The position numbers and the translations under genes were made by a program. From positions 1-28,658 of IMG/VR virus record IMGVR_UViG_3300030372_001197: DNA of 28,658 bases; one strand, given 5' to 3'. Under the pieces are notes generated by a model, which was not told the origin of the DNA, made no database searches, and saw only the letters and a list, made by a program, of their open reading frames with translations. Every line of letters begins with the position of its first letter. Position 1 is the first letter of the stretch. Source of the stretch: a virus. Taxonomy: Duplodnaviria > Caudoviricetes. Of the stretch, positions 7,252 through 17,335 are shown piece after piece.

Positions 7252-8295
7252 TTATCTTGCAGTACAAGGCACTCCACTACTAGACACAAAAGGGTTCTCA
7301 GCAAATGCAGCAAATATATAACTATGCCCATTTCCATTTATACCTGTGTTATTTGTTCTAAATTTAAAACCATTAGAAACAAGGTCCATCGGAAGCGATG
7401 TTAAATGTTCTTCAGCAACATTCAAATTAGGAAAATAATAGTCAGTAACAGGATTCATTGTGCTTCTTTCACTGTCTAATATCCACCAGTTATAACCTGC
7501 ATTAGCATAATTTTTAAGTATTATCATTGCAGGTTTAAATCCTGTGTAAACAAATACCCCATCTGCATTTCCATTTCCTTTATAACTACCAAACTTGCTA
7601 TAACCTTGTATAGATGTAAAACAATAAGATATATAGTTATCAGTAGCTTGAAATTGGCTTGATGTATGAAAAACTGAACTTGTAGGAGCAGTGCTTCCAT
7701 AAGGATAATCACCTGTTGTTTGTGCTGAATCTAAATTTAATCCTACAAAATTTCCACTTGTTAAACCTCTGTGATAAACACACCAGTCTGCTGTTCCACC
7801 TAGTCTTTTGGTTATTATCATATGTGGAACTGAACCTAAACCATGTCCGATAGTCGTAGTAGTAAGACTTCCTGCGCCAAGCCATTTGGCAATAGTAAAT
7901 CCTGCTGTTTGATTGGCTTGAACAGTGCTGTTTGTTCCGCCGTCTGAATTTGTGCTAGTAGAGCCTGCGCCACATTTCCACTGCCAACTCATACTTACTT
8001 CACCATTAACATTGTTGCCACCACCTGCGGGCAAACTAAAGCCATCTGTTTGAAAGGCTTGTATTACAGAACTAGCAGTACCTTCTGCTGATGATAAATT
8101 AGACCTTAGATATTTTGTAACTCCTCTAGTGCTGTCTTGCCACATATGAGAAGAAGCGGTATCAGTTTTTATCCAAACTAAATCGGGTTGTAAATCACTA
8201 TCACCTGCATTTGTAACACTTCTATCTGAACCAGTTCCCGTGTACTCTGTTCCTTGAAAGTGCGCTGATGGGTCGTCTATTGTTGTATAAGCCAT
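7252..8295 (-). CDS. virion structural / receptor-binding beta protein
   Basis: Repeated YTGTG...PDLVWIK, HGLG..P.MIITK and YKGNG...GFKPAMIILK units, typical of marine phage fibre-associated proteins. Confidence 0.65.
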   Translation of the reverse strand: MAYTTIDDPSAHFQGTEYTGTGSDRSVTNAGDSDLQPDLVWIKTDTASSHMWQDSTRGVTKYLRSNLSSAEGTASSVIQAFQTDGFSLPAGGGNNVNGEVSMSWQWKCGAGSTSTNSDGGTNSTVQANQTAGFTIAKWLGAGSLTTTTIGHGLGSVPHMIITKRLGGTADWCVYHRGLTSGNFVGLNLDSAQTTGDYPYGSTAPTSSVFHTSSQFQATDNYISYCFTSIQGYSKFGSYKGNGNADGVFVYTGFKPAMIILKNYANAGYNWWILDSERSTMNPVTDYYFPNLNVAEEHLTSLPMDLVSNGFKFRTNNTGINGNGHSYIFAAFAENPFVSSSGVPCTAR

Positions 8296-8296
8296 A

Positions 8297-9712
8297 TTAT
8301 CCGTGCTCGTTAAGATTGTATGTGTTTAAGGCGTAATAACCGCTGGGAACGGAATACTCAAAGTTTCCGTATCCGTTTGCATCTGCATTTCCAGAAGATA
8401 CTGTATTAGCATGGTAGCCACCAAAGTTTGCTTGAATACTATTGTCTGAATCATATTGAGATACACCGAAATAAGTATCACCAGTCCAAGGTATAGCATA
8501 GCCATTATTACTTGCTGGATCGTCAGAAAGTAACCAAGTTCCATTTTTTCGCCAATATATTTTGTGGTTATCCATATCCAATGCAACACTTATTAAATCT
8601 CCTGCATTAAATTTATTAGCAGTTCCACCATCATCTTGTGCTGGAAAGACATTTCCACTTTGACCATACAAAGAAACACTGTAACCACTAGAGCCACTAT
8701 GTCCTACATAGACACCACCACTTGCTATTACAAGATCAAATCGTTCTGCTTGTGCTGCCCCAATCATGGTATAAACAGGTGTGCCTGAACCAGTAATATA
8801 AAACTCTGCATACCATTTACCTTGTGATACAGCTATAGTAGATAAAGCAGTATCCCAACCAGAAATACCTGCCGCCTCTGTTGCTCCCTCGCTAATTAAT
8901 AACCCGCCAGGATAGCCATCGTTTGCACCAGTTGCATGAAACAAAGCGTTCCAAGTACCGTAATTTAAAGTTGGTGTGTCAGTTGCTTGGTCGGTTGCTG
9001 TTATGTTAGTTAGCGTATCTGCATCTAACCCTGTTGCAGTACCTAAATCAGAACTATCTTTAAATTGTAAAAAATAACTAGGTGCACTACCACCACTATA
9101 TGCCTTTGGTTTCCAAATACCACTATCATCATCAAACTCACCAACAGCAGATGGTGTTATTTGTGCATCAGAAATAAAAGCTACATTAGACATATAACCA
9201 GCCCAATAAATTTGGTTGCCAGTATAAGCACCTAAATAATGATGGTCTTGGTAAACATTCTCTGCCTCAGCGTTTTGGCTTGGATAAGTTGTTGAAGTTA
9301 GAGATGTTTCTTCTACCCCATTAACATACAGTCTTACTCTATTAGCTTCTGTAGATTGTGTTGAATCAACTGCAATAATGACATTGTACCAAGCAGAAGT
9401 ATCCCTAAAAAGTCTATTAGTGTTTAAAGTTTTAATTGTTCCACCATAGCTTTGTTGCCATTTTAATTGACCATCTGCCTGTAGTAAAAGATAACCATTG
9501 GTAGCATTTGCCCAAATAGTTCTTTGTACTCCAAGTTCAGTTATTTTAAACCATACGCTAAAACTAAAAGTCTTTTTTCTAGCAGATGTTGCATAGGTGC
9601 TTATGTCAGTCCATTTCAAACATTCACTATTATCGGGTTCAAACTTTAAAGAATTATCAATAGCATAATCACCAGATGCCGAAGGTATAGCTGTAGAATT
9701 TATTAAACTCAT
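8297..9712 (-). CDS. concanavalin A-like lectin / SPRY-domain virion protein
   Basis: FSFSVWFK...RDTSAWYN...RLYVNG (LamG-like) and GKWYAEF...GDLISVALDMDNHKIYWRKNG (SPRY-like). Confidence 0.75.
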   Translation of the reverse strand: MSLINSTAIPSASGDYAIDNSLKFEPDNSECLKWTDISTYATSARKKTFSFSVWFKITELGVQRTIWANATNGYLLLQADGQLKWQQSYGGTIKTLNTNRLFRDTSAWYNVIIAVDSTQSTEANRVRLYVNGVEETSLTSTTYPSQNAEAENVYQDHHYLGAYTGNQIYWAGYMSNVAFISDAQITPSAVGEFDDDSGIWKPKAYSGGSAPSYFLQFKDSSDLGTATGLDADTLTNITATDQATDTPTLNYGTWNALFHATGANDGYPGGLLISEGATEAAGISGWDTALSTIAVSQGKWYAEFYITGSGTPVYTMIGAAQAERFDLVIASGGVYVGHSGSSGYSVSLYGQSGNVFPAQDDGGTANKFNAGDLISVALDMDNHKIYWRKNGTWLLSDDPASNNGYAIPWTGDTYFGVSQYDSDNSIQANFGGYHANTVSSGNADANGYGNFEYSVPSGYYALNTYNLNEHG

Positions 9713-10662
9713 TAGGTGTATATAGCTGAGTTAGTTAAATAAACATTAGTGCCATCTGAAAAATAAGATACTAGGTATGTTCCAGCTGTTGAAATTGTTG
9801 CCAATATGCTTGCATCAACTTTTGTATTTGCATGGGCTGCCACTGTATGGCCGCCAGAGTTTACTAATAAAATATTACCGCTTTGAGAAACAATATTGGT
9901 AAATGTAAGAGTAAAGTTACCAGATGGAGTGCATTTAAAATTATTAGATGCACTCATATCAAAAGATCCATCATTGTCTGTGGTTAAAGTTCCTTTAGCA
10001 TTTTTAACAACTGCAACAGTTCCGCCATCTTCAATGTTCAGTGCATTATCTCCATCTGTGTAATCTATGCTTGCTGTTTCTAAACTTCCAGAATTAACAG
10101 TTAAACCAGTTGCATCTATGGTTACTCTTTTGGTGTTATCTGCATAAAAATTAATTTGATTTGCATCTTCAAAATCAACTTTAGTTTGATCGTCCTCGCC
10201 AATTTTTAAATCTGTGGCCAGGATCGAAGTTATATTAGTTTGAGCAGCTGTAGCCACTTGACCTGTTAAGTTACCAGTAACATCACCTGTTAATGGGCCA
10301 GCAAAAGCATCTGAAGTTACAGTTCCATCAAAATAAGCATCTTTAAACTCTAATGAAGATGTACCTAAGTCAACATCATTGGTTGTAACTGGTGCAATAA
10401 CTCCATCTGCAAAAGTAACTTGTGCAACACCGCCAGCTGTAAATGCTAATGTATCTGCTGCGGAGAAATATAATCCGCAATTAGTATCGCCAGTATTTGT
10501 AATAGATGGAGCTCCAGCAGTTCCATCTGAAAAGGATGAAACACCATCAACAGTAATAGCTTTAACTGTGACACCAGTTAAATCCAATACATCACCGCTG
10601 GGGATCTCTTTGATTGCTGGCGTTCCACTGCCATCAACTATTAAAGGGAAAAAATCACTCAT
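9712..10662 (-). CDS. tail fibre-related protein
   Basis: GTAGAPSITNTGDTNCGLY and DLGTSSLEFKDAYF fibre motifs; Thr/Gly/Asp-rich. Confidence 0.7.
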   Translation of the reverse strand: MSDFFPLIVDGSGTPAIKEIPSGDVLDLTGVTVKAITVDGVSSFSDGTAGAPSITNTGDTNCGLYFSAADTLAFTAGGVAQVTFADGVIAPVTTNDVDLGTSSLEFKDAYFDGTVTSDAFAGPLTGDVTGNLTGQVATAAQTNITSILATDLKIGEDDQTKVDFEDANQINFYADNTKRVTIDATGLTVNSGSLETASIDYTDGDNALNIEDGGTVAVVKNAKGTLTTDNDGSFDMSASNNFKCTPSGNFTLTFTNIVSQSGNILLVNSGGHTVAAHANTKVDASILATISTAGTYLVSYFSDGTNVYLTNSAIYT

Positions 10663-10663
10663 C

Positions 10664-13498
10664 TTATACTCCTACATTGATAGTGCCAGATCTGGCTATA
10701 ACACCCAGCACTCCACTTGTTATTGTTATTGCTACATTGGCTGCACGGCCAACTACTGTTAATGTTTGAGAAACAGTAACTGATCCAAAAGATAAGTTGC
10801 CGCTTCCATCTGTTTTTAAAGCCTGGCCATTGCTGCCATCGCTTACATTTAATTCTGTTATACCAATTGAGTTGGCCGCCATTTTTGCCTGGGTTATTGC
10901 ATCATCAACAACTGAGGCCGTAACAACTGAACTTGCTGCGAGTTGATCGGCACCCACAGCATCATCTGCAATCATTGACTGCTCTACCGCATCAGCTTGT
11001 ATGGTTGCTGCTCCTGTTACATTTCCAGACCCATCAAAACTTGCAGATGTCCAAACAACATCGCCAGTCATTCCAATTGTTCTTCCAGTTGCTAGGGCCG
11101 TGGATGTATCTGCAACAACACCACTTAAATTATTGATAAAGGTGTTAGTTACCCTGGCATCAATTGCACTGTTTGCCCTGGCATCTGTGTAATACAAATT
11201 GCTTGAACCTTCTGAAACTGTATCTGTATCTCCTTGGGTAAATGTTAAAACACCTGTTCCAGAGTTATAGCTTAATTGTGTAGATCCCTCAGATATGGCC
11301 GCCCTGGCCCTTGCATCTGTGTAATAAAGGTTGCCACTTTCAGCAATATCGCCAGTGTCTAAAACTACGGCCCCTGTTGCTGAATTAACAGAAGTAACAG
11401 CAGAAGCTGCTTGGCTGAATGAAATAACACCAGTGCTTGAATTATATGAAAGATCTCCGCTTACAGAAATTGCAGATCTTGCCCTGGCATTTGTAAAATA
11501 TAAATTTGAGGATCCTTCGCTTAAATTATCTGTATCGTGATTAGATAAAGTAGAAATTTGACCAGTAACATTACCAGTTACATTACCCTCAATGGTTGCA
11601 ACTAGAGTACCACCAGCATATCCAGTGCCACTAACATTAACTGTTGTTGTTGGTTCAACCTGGAGATCTTTAAACAGCTTAAATTTACCACTATCGTTGG
11701 CATCTCTAAAAAGGCCCGCATAAAGATCCTGGGATCCAGAAGTATCATAAAGGCCATAAAAACCTATATCCACTGAATCAGAACTGCTGTTAGCGTTTGC
11801 TAATTTAATTAATGGATCTTCTACTGATAATGTTTCAGTATTAACTGTGGTTGTTGTTCCATTAACTGTTAAATTTCCAGCTATTGTTACATCATTTGGA
11901 AGTCCAATAGTTACAGTCGCTGTTTCAGATCCAGATCCAGAAACTTCAATTTCATTTGTGGTTCCAGATATTGCAGCCACATAATTACCTGTGGTTTTTG
12001 TTCCCAGGGCAACCGCATCATCATCAATGGTTAGAGTTAATGTTACATTGCCTGATCCGTCAAAGTTTTGTGCGGAAGCTGTTGCATCGCCTGTAATAGA
12101 AAATGTCCTGGTTGTTGCCAAGGCCGTGGCCGTAGCAGCATTGCCAGAAGCGGATGCAGCAACAACATTTAAAGCGTCTATAAATGCTTTATCTACATAT
12201 GAATCAATCTTAGTAGCTACTCTAGTATCTGTATAAAATAAATTAGTAGATCCCTCAGAAACTGTGTCTGAATTTCCCTGGGTATAAGTTAAAACACCAG
12301 TAGAAGAATTGTAAGAAAGTTGAGTAGAATTTTCTGAAATTGCGGCCCTTGCTCTTGCATCTGTGTAATACAAGTTTCCAGATTCTGAAAGCTGTGAAGT
12401 GTTAAATGATGATAATGAAACTGTGCCAGTTAAGGTTCCAGCTGCATCATCATAAACCCAGGTAAGCCCAGTGCCGTTTTGTATTAATGCTGAAACTCTA
12501 TCGTCTGTTCTTTCGTTAGTAAAATATAAATTAGATCCTTCGCTTAGATCTGATGTTGAATGATTTGATATATCACTTGCCTGGCCTGTTAAGTTAGCTG
12601 TTACTGTTCCAAATTGCACATTGTCTGAAGTGCCAACTGATTGGCCAATAGAAAATGTAATGTTGTTACCAGATAAAGCTGAGGTAACACCAGTGCCACC
12701 CAGTAGGCCTAAAGTTTCAGAATCAAGATCTATTGATCCAGAATTAGATCCATCGCTTATATCAAGATCTTCAGCTGTTATGGCCGTATCAACATAAGTC
12801 TTAATAGCTTTTGCTGAGGCCAGAGTATCATCGGATCCAGAAACTGAACTTAAATCAGTGTCCAAGACACCAGATTTTAAATTATCAACTTCAATATTTG
12901 AAACTGTGTTGCTATCAACATCTATAGTTTTATTTGTAAGTGTCTGAGATCCAGTTAAAGTTGCAATTGTAGAATCAACAGAAAAAGTAACTGCATTGCC
13001 AGATCCAGCTGTGTCAATTCCTGTACCACCAGTTAGGGTAAAAGTTTCGCTATCTAAATCAATGGATAAAGCACCCCCACTATCTGCCTGGAAGTCTAAA
13101 TCCTGGGCCGTAACCTGGCTATCAACATAAGCCTTAATAGATTGTTGTGTTGCTAAAGCTGTTGCACTATCTGAACTTAAATTATCTTCATCTAAAATTG
13201 ATGCAACTGTTGATCCGCTGCTAAAGGATAAACTGGTTATGCCGTTAACTGTTCCACCATTAATATCAACTGTGTTATTAGCTGCAATACTAAATGGCAA
13301 TGTTATCCAACCATCATTTCCGCTGTTGCGGATCTTCATAACTGAGTTGCTAGTATCTACCCATAATTCATAAGCAAACATAGTTGCTGGTTCTGAGGCT
13401 CCAGAGTTATTAGAAACAATTGCAGAAAGTGCATTGTTTAAATCAGTCCTGAAGTTTGCTCCAGATTGATTTATTAAATTGTAATCATGTTGAGCCAT
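10664..13498 (-). CDS. long tail fibre protein with internal repeats
   Basis: N-terminal QHDY...RTDLNNAL anchor, six NL(Y/F)(Y/F)T repeats, and C-terminal DAV/IT-type decad repeats. Confidence 0.8.
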   Translation of the reverse strand: MAQHDYNLINQSGANFRTDLNNALSAIVSNNSGASEPATMFAYELWVDTSNSVMKIRNSGNDGWITLPFSIAANNTVDINGGTVNGITSLSFSSGSTVASILDEDNLSSDSATALATQQSIKAYVDSQVTAQDLDFQADSGGALSIDLDSETFTLTGGTGIDTAGSGNAVTFSVDSTIATLTGSQTLTNKTIDVDSNTVSNIEVDNLKSGVLDTDLSSVSGSDDTLASAKAIKTYVDTAITAEDLDISDGSNSGSIDLDSETLGLLGGTGVTSALSGNNITFSIGQSVGTSDNVQFGTVTANLTGQASDISNHSTSDLSEGSNLYFTNERTDDRVSALIQNGTGLTWVYDDAAGTLTGTVSLSSFNTSQLSESGNLYYTDARARAAISENSTQLSYNSSTGVLTYTQGNSDTVSEGSTNLFYTDTRVATKIDSYVDKAFIDALNVVAASASGNAATATALATTRTFSITGDATASAQNFDGSGNVTLTLTIDDDAVALGTKTTGNYVAAISGTTNEIEVSGSGSETATVTIGLPNDVTIAGNLTVNGTTTTVNTETLSVEDPLIKLANANSSSDSVDIGFYGLYDTSGSQDLYAGLFRDANDSGKFKLFKDLQVEPTTTVNVSGTGYAGGTLVATIEGNVTGNVTGQISTLSNHDTDNLSEGSSNLYFTNARARSAISVSGDLSYNSSTGVISFSQAASAVTSVNSATGAVVLDTGDIAESGNLYYTDARARAAISEGSTQLSYNSGTGVLTFTQGDTDTVSEGSSNLYYTDARANSAIDARVTNTFINNLSGVVADTSTALATGRTIGMTGDVVWTSASFDGSGNVTGAATIQADAVEQSMIADDAVGADQLAASSVVTASVVDDAITQAKMAANSIGITELNVSDGSNGQALKTDGSGNLSFGSVTVSQTLTVVGRAANVAITITSGVLGVIARSGTINVGV

Positions 13499-13559
13499 TA
13501 GCTACCCTTTTGTTGTTTATAAATTTTACTTTTATTAAGATCTTTTCGCATATATATTT

Positions 13560-16500
13560 TTAATTCGTGTTATCTACAGTTACAGTTAGGCCTATTTGAG
13601 TGTAGTTTTGATTGCCAACAAACTTAACCCTAAAACTGGCAGTGCTTGCACCAGAAGCAAAACTTAAAGATCCATTGTATAAAAGCGTATAACCTCTGTA
13701 AGTACCAGCAGAAATTGTAAATACCTGGCCTGTTGCATCTGAATAATTTGATCCATCGGTAGAATATTCAACCACCATGTTTGCAACATTACCTAAAATG
13801 CCCTGGACATAAGCAACAAAAGATCCACCAGATCTGCAATTAGTTATGCTTACTGGTACACAAGTATGAGTGCCGCTAGATCCTGTGTTTGCTGTAGAAC
13901 TATAATTTGATCCTACCCTGGTTAAAGGCACGGCTGTATCATCGTGGTTGTAAATTTTACTGGTTACATCGGCAAAATATTTAACGGCCAAAGTATCAAC
14001 ATCAATCTTTGTTCCAGATAAATTATTAATCCTGGCGTTGTCTATAAATACAGATCCCCCACTTACTACAAATGGGCTTACGCTAGTTCCAGCATCATTA
14101 TCAATCTTAAAAGTATCTGCTAAAAAAGCTATGCTGCTTGTTGCACCGCTACCAGAAGAAGCATTGCTGTTTAAAACCATCTGTGCAACTTTGCCATTTG
14201 CATTTAATTTAAGCACATAAGATGCAGCAGCATTGCCGTTAATGTTTGTTATAGCAGAAGCATTAGTAGTAATGCTGGCTGAGTTGCCATTTACACTTGA
14301 TGTTAAGCTAGTAATTGATGAAGCATTTGCTGAGGCTGAATTAGTTACAGTAACAATATCAGATTGGGCTGTTGCCAGGGCTGTACCTTGACTGGTTACA
14401 GTTGAATTTAATGAATTGTATAAAGTAACAAGCGTGGCATCCCTGGCCTTTTCCCAATCATTGTTGGCTGCATTTCTTACATATACCTGGTTGTTATCAT
14501 CAGTGTCCGCCCATAAATCTTGGGCCTGTAAAGATGATCCGTCTGATCTAGTAGATGGTGCTGAGGTAGCTTTTATTAATTGTGTTGAGTTAGTGCCGCC
14601 AGCATTTATAGCTGATTCAACATCAGTGCCAACTTTTGCCAGAGTAATCGCATCATCTTTGACATCTGCTGTGGCAACTGGTGCGGTGCTAACACTAAAT
14701 GTTAAGGTTGCTGCATCAGATTCAGTTCCTAAAGTATTGATGGAACTAACACTGGCAACATAATTGGATCCAACTGGTATAAAATCTAAATCAACAAATT
14801 CTTGATCTACAATTCTATTTAAAAGCTTGTTGCTAGAACTATCTACAATTCTAATCCTGTATTGATGATCTGGAAAATCTGTTGGCTCAGTCCAAGATAA
14901 AAAAGGCCTGGCGGTTGAACTAGATCCGCTGTCTGTAAAAGCTAAACCAGTTGGAGCCTTAACAGCAAAAGCTGAGGGTAAATCTGCAAGTTCTTCAACT
15001 GCTTCCTGTGGCGGAACTTCCCAAGTATAAACATCAAAATATTCTATTAAGCTAACAGCTACCAAACCATTTGATTGTAATTCTAAGGCCTCAACCCTAC
15101 AAACTTTGCTGCTAAAACCCAGGCCAGCATAAGTAAGATCTACAATATCTCCAACATTTAATTTATACATTTCTGGAGTTCCAAGAAACTGAATCGTTGT
15201 TTGATTTCTGCTCCTGGTTAAAATTGCTTTGGCCATGTTATAGGCAATGTATGGATCTGAGATTAAAGGAAATTCAGCTTTAACTTCTAGCACTTCTCCA
15301 CCATCATCCGCTGTGTATGGTGATGAAGTATGCAAAACTGTTGCTGTGTCTAATTCGTATTTTTTATTCGCATTATAAAACTCAACTATAACCTTGTTGG
15401 CCTTTTTATCTTTATTGCCATAATCCACAGATATGCCAGATTCAGCAATAATATGATTATCAGTAATACTAAATGTTGATGATCCTGTATCTTCTATAGA
15501 CAATTCATATTTGCCGTCTATGTATAAAAAAATGCCTCGCATATTTGCCAGGAGTTCTTTGGCATTGTCCATCACATTCTTGTTTGTATCTATGTAGCCA
15601 TTGCAATGAAATCTTTTGACTTTTAGTAATGATTGACCGCTTTGCGATGCGTAAGTAGATCCTAATGTGTCATTAAAATAAACAGAATAGGCCTCACTGG
15701 CATCGTAAAAATTTGTTCTTTGCACATCTTTAATTTCAGCACCATCTAACACAGTTGAACCAGATCCATCATCCAAATCCATCAACTCACCTATTTTGTT
15801 TTGCCACCAAATTGAATTAGATCCAGTTCCTGTAATATTAATAAAATCATTACCAGAGGTTCCATTCCAGGTAACACTTTTAGCAGATCCATTAAAATAT
15901 GGTTGATCTACTTGGGTATCACAAACATTTGCAGCTGCCGTAAAAGTTGACATATTTATTTGGCTAGATGTGAGGCCCTTTCCGAACTCATCGTTAACAA
16001 TGTAATCCAAGAAGCATAAGGCTGGATTGTCTGAATGTTTGTAAGTAGAAACATTGCCAAATGTTTGAGTGTTATCCCTGGGATCAAAAACCTTTTTTCC
16101 TCTTACTTGCACTGTTAGCTGTGGCACTCCTCGCCACATTCCCTCTTTGTCATAACCAAACGATGCTGCGATGTAACAAATACCATCAAGCCTATGTGCT
16201 GAAGTCCAGTTAGACATAGAAGCAACCAGCATAGGATCTGCTGTTTGCGATGCGGCCCCATGATGTAAATTCATTACATATCTATATCTTGCTGCTGGAT
16301 CTGTTCCAAAAGCACCAGCCCCTGGATTTCCGCCAGTGCCATTTTGTGAAACAGTATTTAAAGATCCAGAACCAGAATTTATTTTATCTGAACCTATATA
16401 ACCACCATCCCTAAATCTTGCTGAATCTGTTAATGGATTGCCATCTAGTTCTATGGTTCTGCCTAAGATTTCATCGCACTCACCAACTGATAAAGCATAA

Positions 16501-16799
16501 ACAACATACATATCTCTGGAATCATTTGAATTTACATCCATGTAAATAATTTGTGTACCTACCCTTCTTGTTCCATAAATTACTGGTATTTTTCCACCCA
16601 TAGAAGTTTTGTTAGCAAGTATGTCCTGGCCCTTGGCCAGCATATTTCTGGCTTGCATAAACCCTTTAACACCAACAGCAAGTGTTGTAGCTGTTAAAAC
16701 ATAGTTAATTTTTTGTAATGTATTAGCAGAACCCCACGCTTTTCCAATCTCAGTAAAAAATGTTCCAACTGCTTTCCAAAAACCCATTACATTCCCCAC
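13560..16799 (-). CDS. tail tip / host-specificity protein, gpJ-like
   Basis: IPVIYGTRRV, V.GKKVFDPR...NPALC..DY, L.VGDIV, an Fn3-like domain, a coiled coil and a gpJ-type FLADTFKI...PFVV.GGSVFI segment. Confidence 0.85.
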   Translation of the reverse strand: MGNVMGFWKAVGTFFTEIGKAWGSANTLQKINYVLTATTLAVGVKGFMQARNMLAKGQDILANKTSMGGKIPVIYGTRRVGTQIIYMDVNSNDSRDMYVVYALSVGECDEILGRTIELDGNPLTDSARFRDGGYIGSDKINSGSGSLNTVSQNGTGGNPGAGAFGTDPAARYRYVMNLHHGAASQTADPMLVASMSNWTSAHRLDGICYIAASFGYDKEGMWRGVPQLTVQVRGKKVFDPRDNTQTFGNVSTYKHSDNPALCFLDYIVNDEFGKGLTSSQINMSTFTAAANVCDTQVDQPYFNGSAKSVTWNGTSGNDFINITGTGSNSIWWQNKIGELMDLDDGSGSTVLDGAEIKDVQRTNFYDASEAYSVYFNDTLGSTYASQSGQSLLKVKRFHCNGYIDTNKNVMDNAKELLANMRGIFLYIDGKYELSIEDTGSSTFSITDNHIIAESGISVDYGNKDKKANKVIVEFYNANKKYELDTATVLHTSSPYTADDGGEVLEVKAEFPLISDPYIAYNMAKAILTRSRNQTTIQFLGTPEMYKLNVGDIVDLTYAGLGFSSKVCRVEALELQSNGLVAVSLIEYFDVYTWEVPPQEAVEELADLPSAFAVKAPTGLAFTDSGSSSTARPFLSWTEPTDFPDHQYRIRIVDSSSNKLLNRIVDQEFVDLDFIPVGSNYVASVSSINTLGTESDAATLTFSVSTAPVATADVKDDAITLAKVGTDVESAINAGGTNSTQLIKATSAPSTRSDGSSLQAQDLWADTDDNNQVYVRNAANNDWEKARDATLVTLYNSLNSTVTSQGTALATAQSDIVTVTNSASANASSITSLTSSVNGNSASITTNASAITNINGNAAASYVLKLNANGKVAQMVLNSNASSGSGATSSIAFLADTFKIDNDAGTSVSPFVVSGGSVFIDNARINNLSGTKIDVDTLAVKYFADVTSKIYNHDDTAVPLTRVGSNYSSTANTGSSGTHTCVPVSITNCRSGGSFVAYVQGILGNVANMVVEYSTDGSNYSDATGQVFTISAGTYRGYTLLYNGSLSFASGASTASFRVKFVGNQNYTQIGLTVTVDNTN

Positions 16800-17335
16800 C
16801 TAACATCTTCTTTCACCTGGCCAGCAAATTCCATGCCTTTATCACCAGAACTAAAATCTTGTTGTGATTCATCTGAATAATGTCTGCCTTTAGTTAAATT
16901 CCAATTAGACCAATGTGAGGCAACAGTCATACTTAAAATAGAATTATTAATATCTTCTTGTATTGATACATTTCTAATTTGGCCTGTAAAAAAGTTTATT
17001 GCTCCAACAATAGCTTCATTAGAATCAAAGTAAGCCAAATAGACCTCAACTGTTTTATCTGTAAATGCTCCGCTTTGCACTAGGGATCTAACTTGATCTG
17101 TAATATTTGAAAAACCAATATTAATTTCATTTACTTGCAGCTGACCTGTTTCAGTTGTTGAATCTACTGTTAAAAAAGATCCACCAGCCTCATAAGAATT
17201 AGAATCATAAGTAACATTTGTGTACCAATCTGTAAGTCTTATGGTTGAAGATAAATTTAATTCAACCAGGAAAGCTGTTTTGGTTGCAGTTGCTGATACT
17301 TGGTTTTGTAAAGCTGTGGATAAACTTCTAGGCAT
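16787..17335 (-). CDS. tail hub / minor tail protein
   Basis: Lies between the distal tail and tip genes; C-terminal QQ.F.GDKGMEF....WG motif. Confidence 0.7.
   Translation of the reverse strand: MPRSLSTALQNQVSATATKTAFLVELNLSSTIRLTDWYTNVTYDSNSYEAGGSFLTVDSTTETGQLQVNEINIGFSNITDQVRSLVQSGAFTDKTVEVYLAYFDSNEAIVGAINFFTGQIRNVSIQEDINNSILSMTVASHWSNWNLTKGRHYSDESQQDFSSGDKGMEFAGQVKEDVRWGM

Noticed and set aside
7252-9712. Diversity-generating retroelement targeting the lectin-like genes
   Set aside because: No reverse transcriptase and no adenine-mismatched TR/VR pair seen in the window.
2708-13498. Gin/Cin-type tail fibre inversion, or an active integrase
   Set aside because: All fibre genes share one orientation, I saw no inverted crossover sites around them, and the recombinase lacks its catalytic residues.
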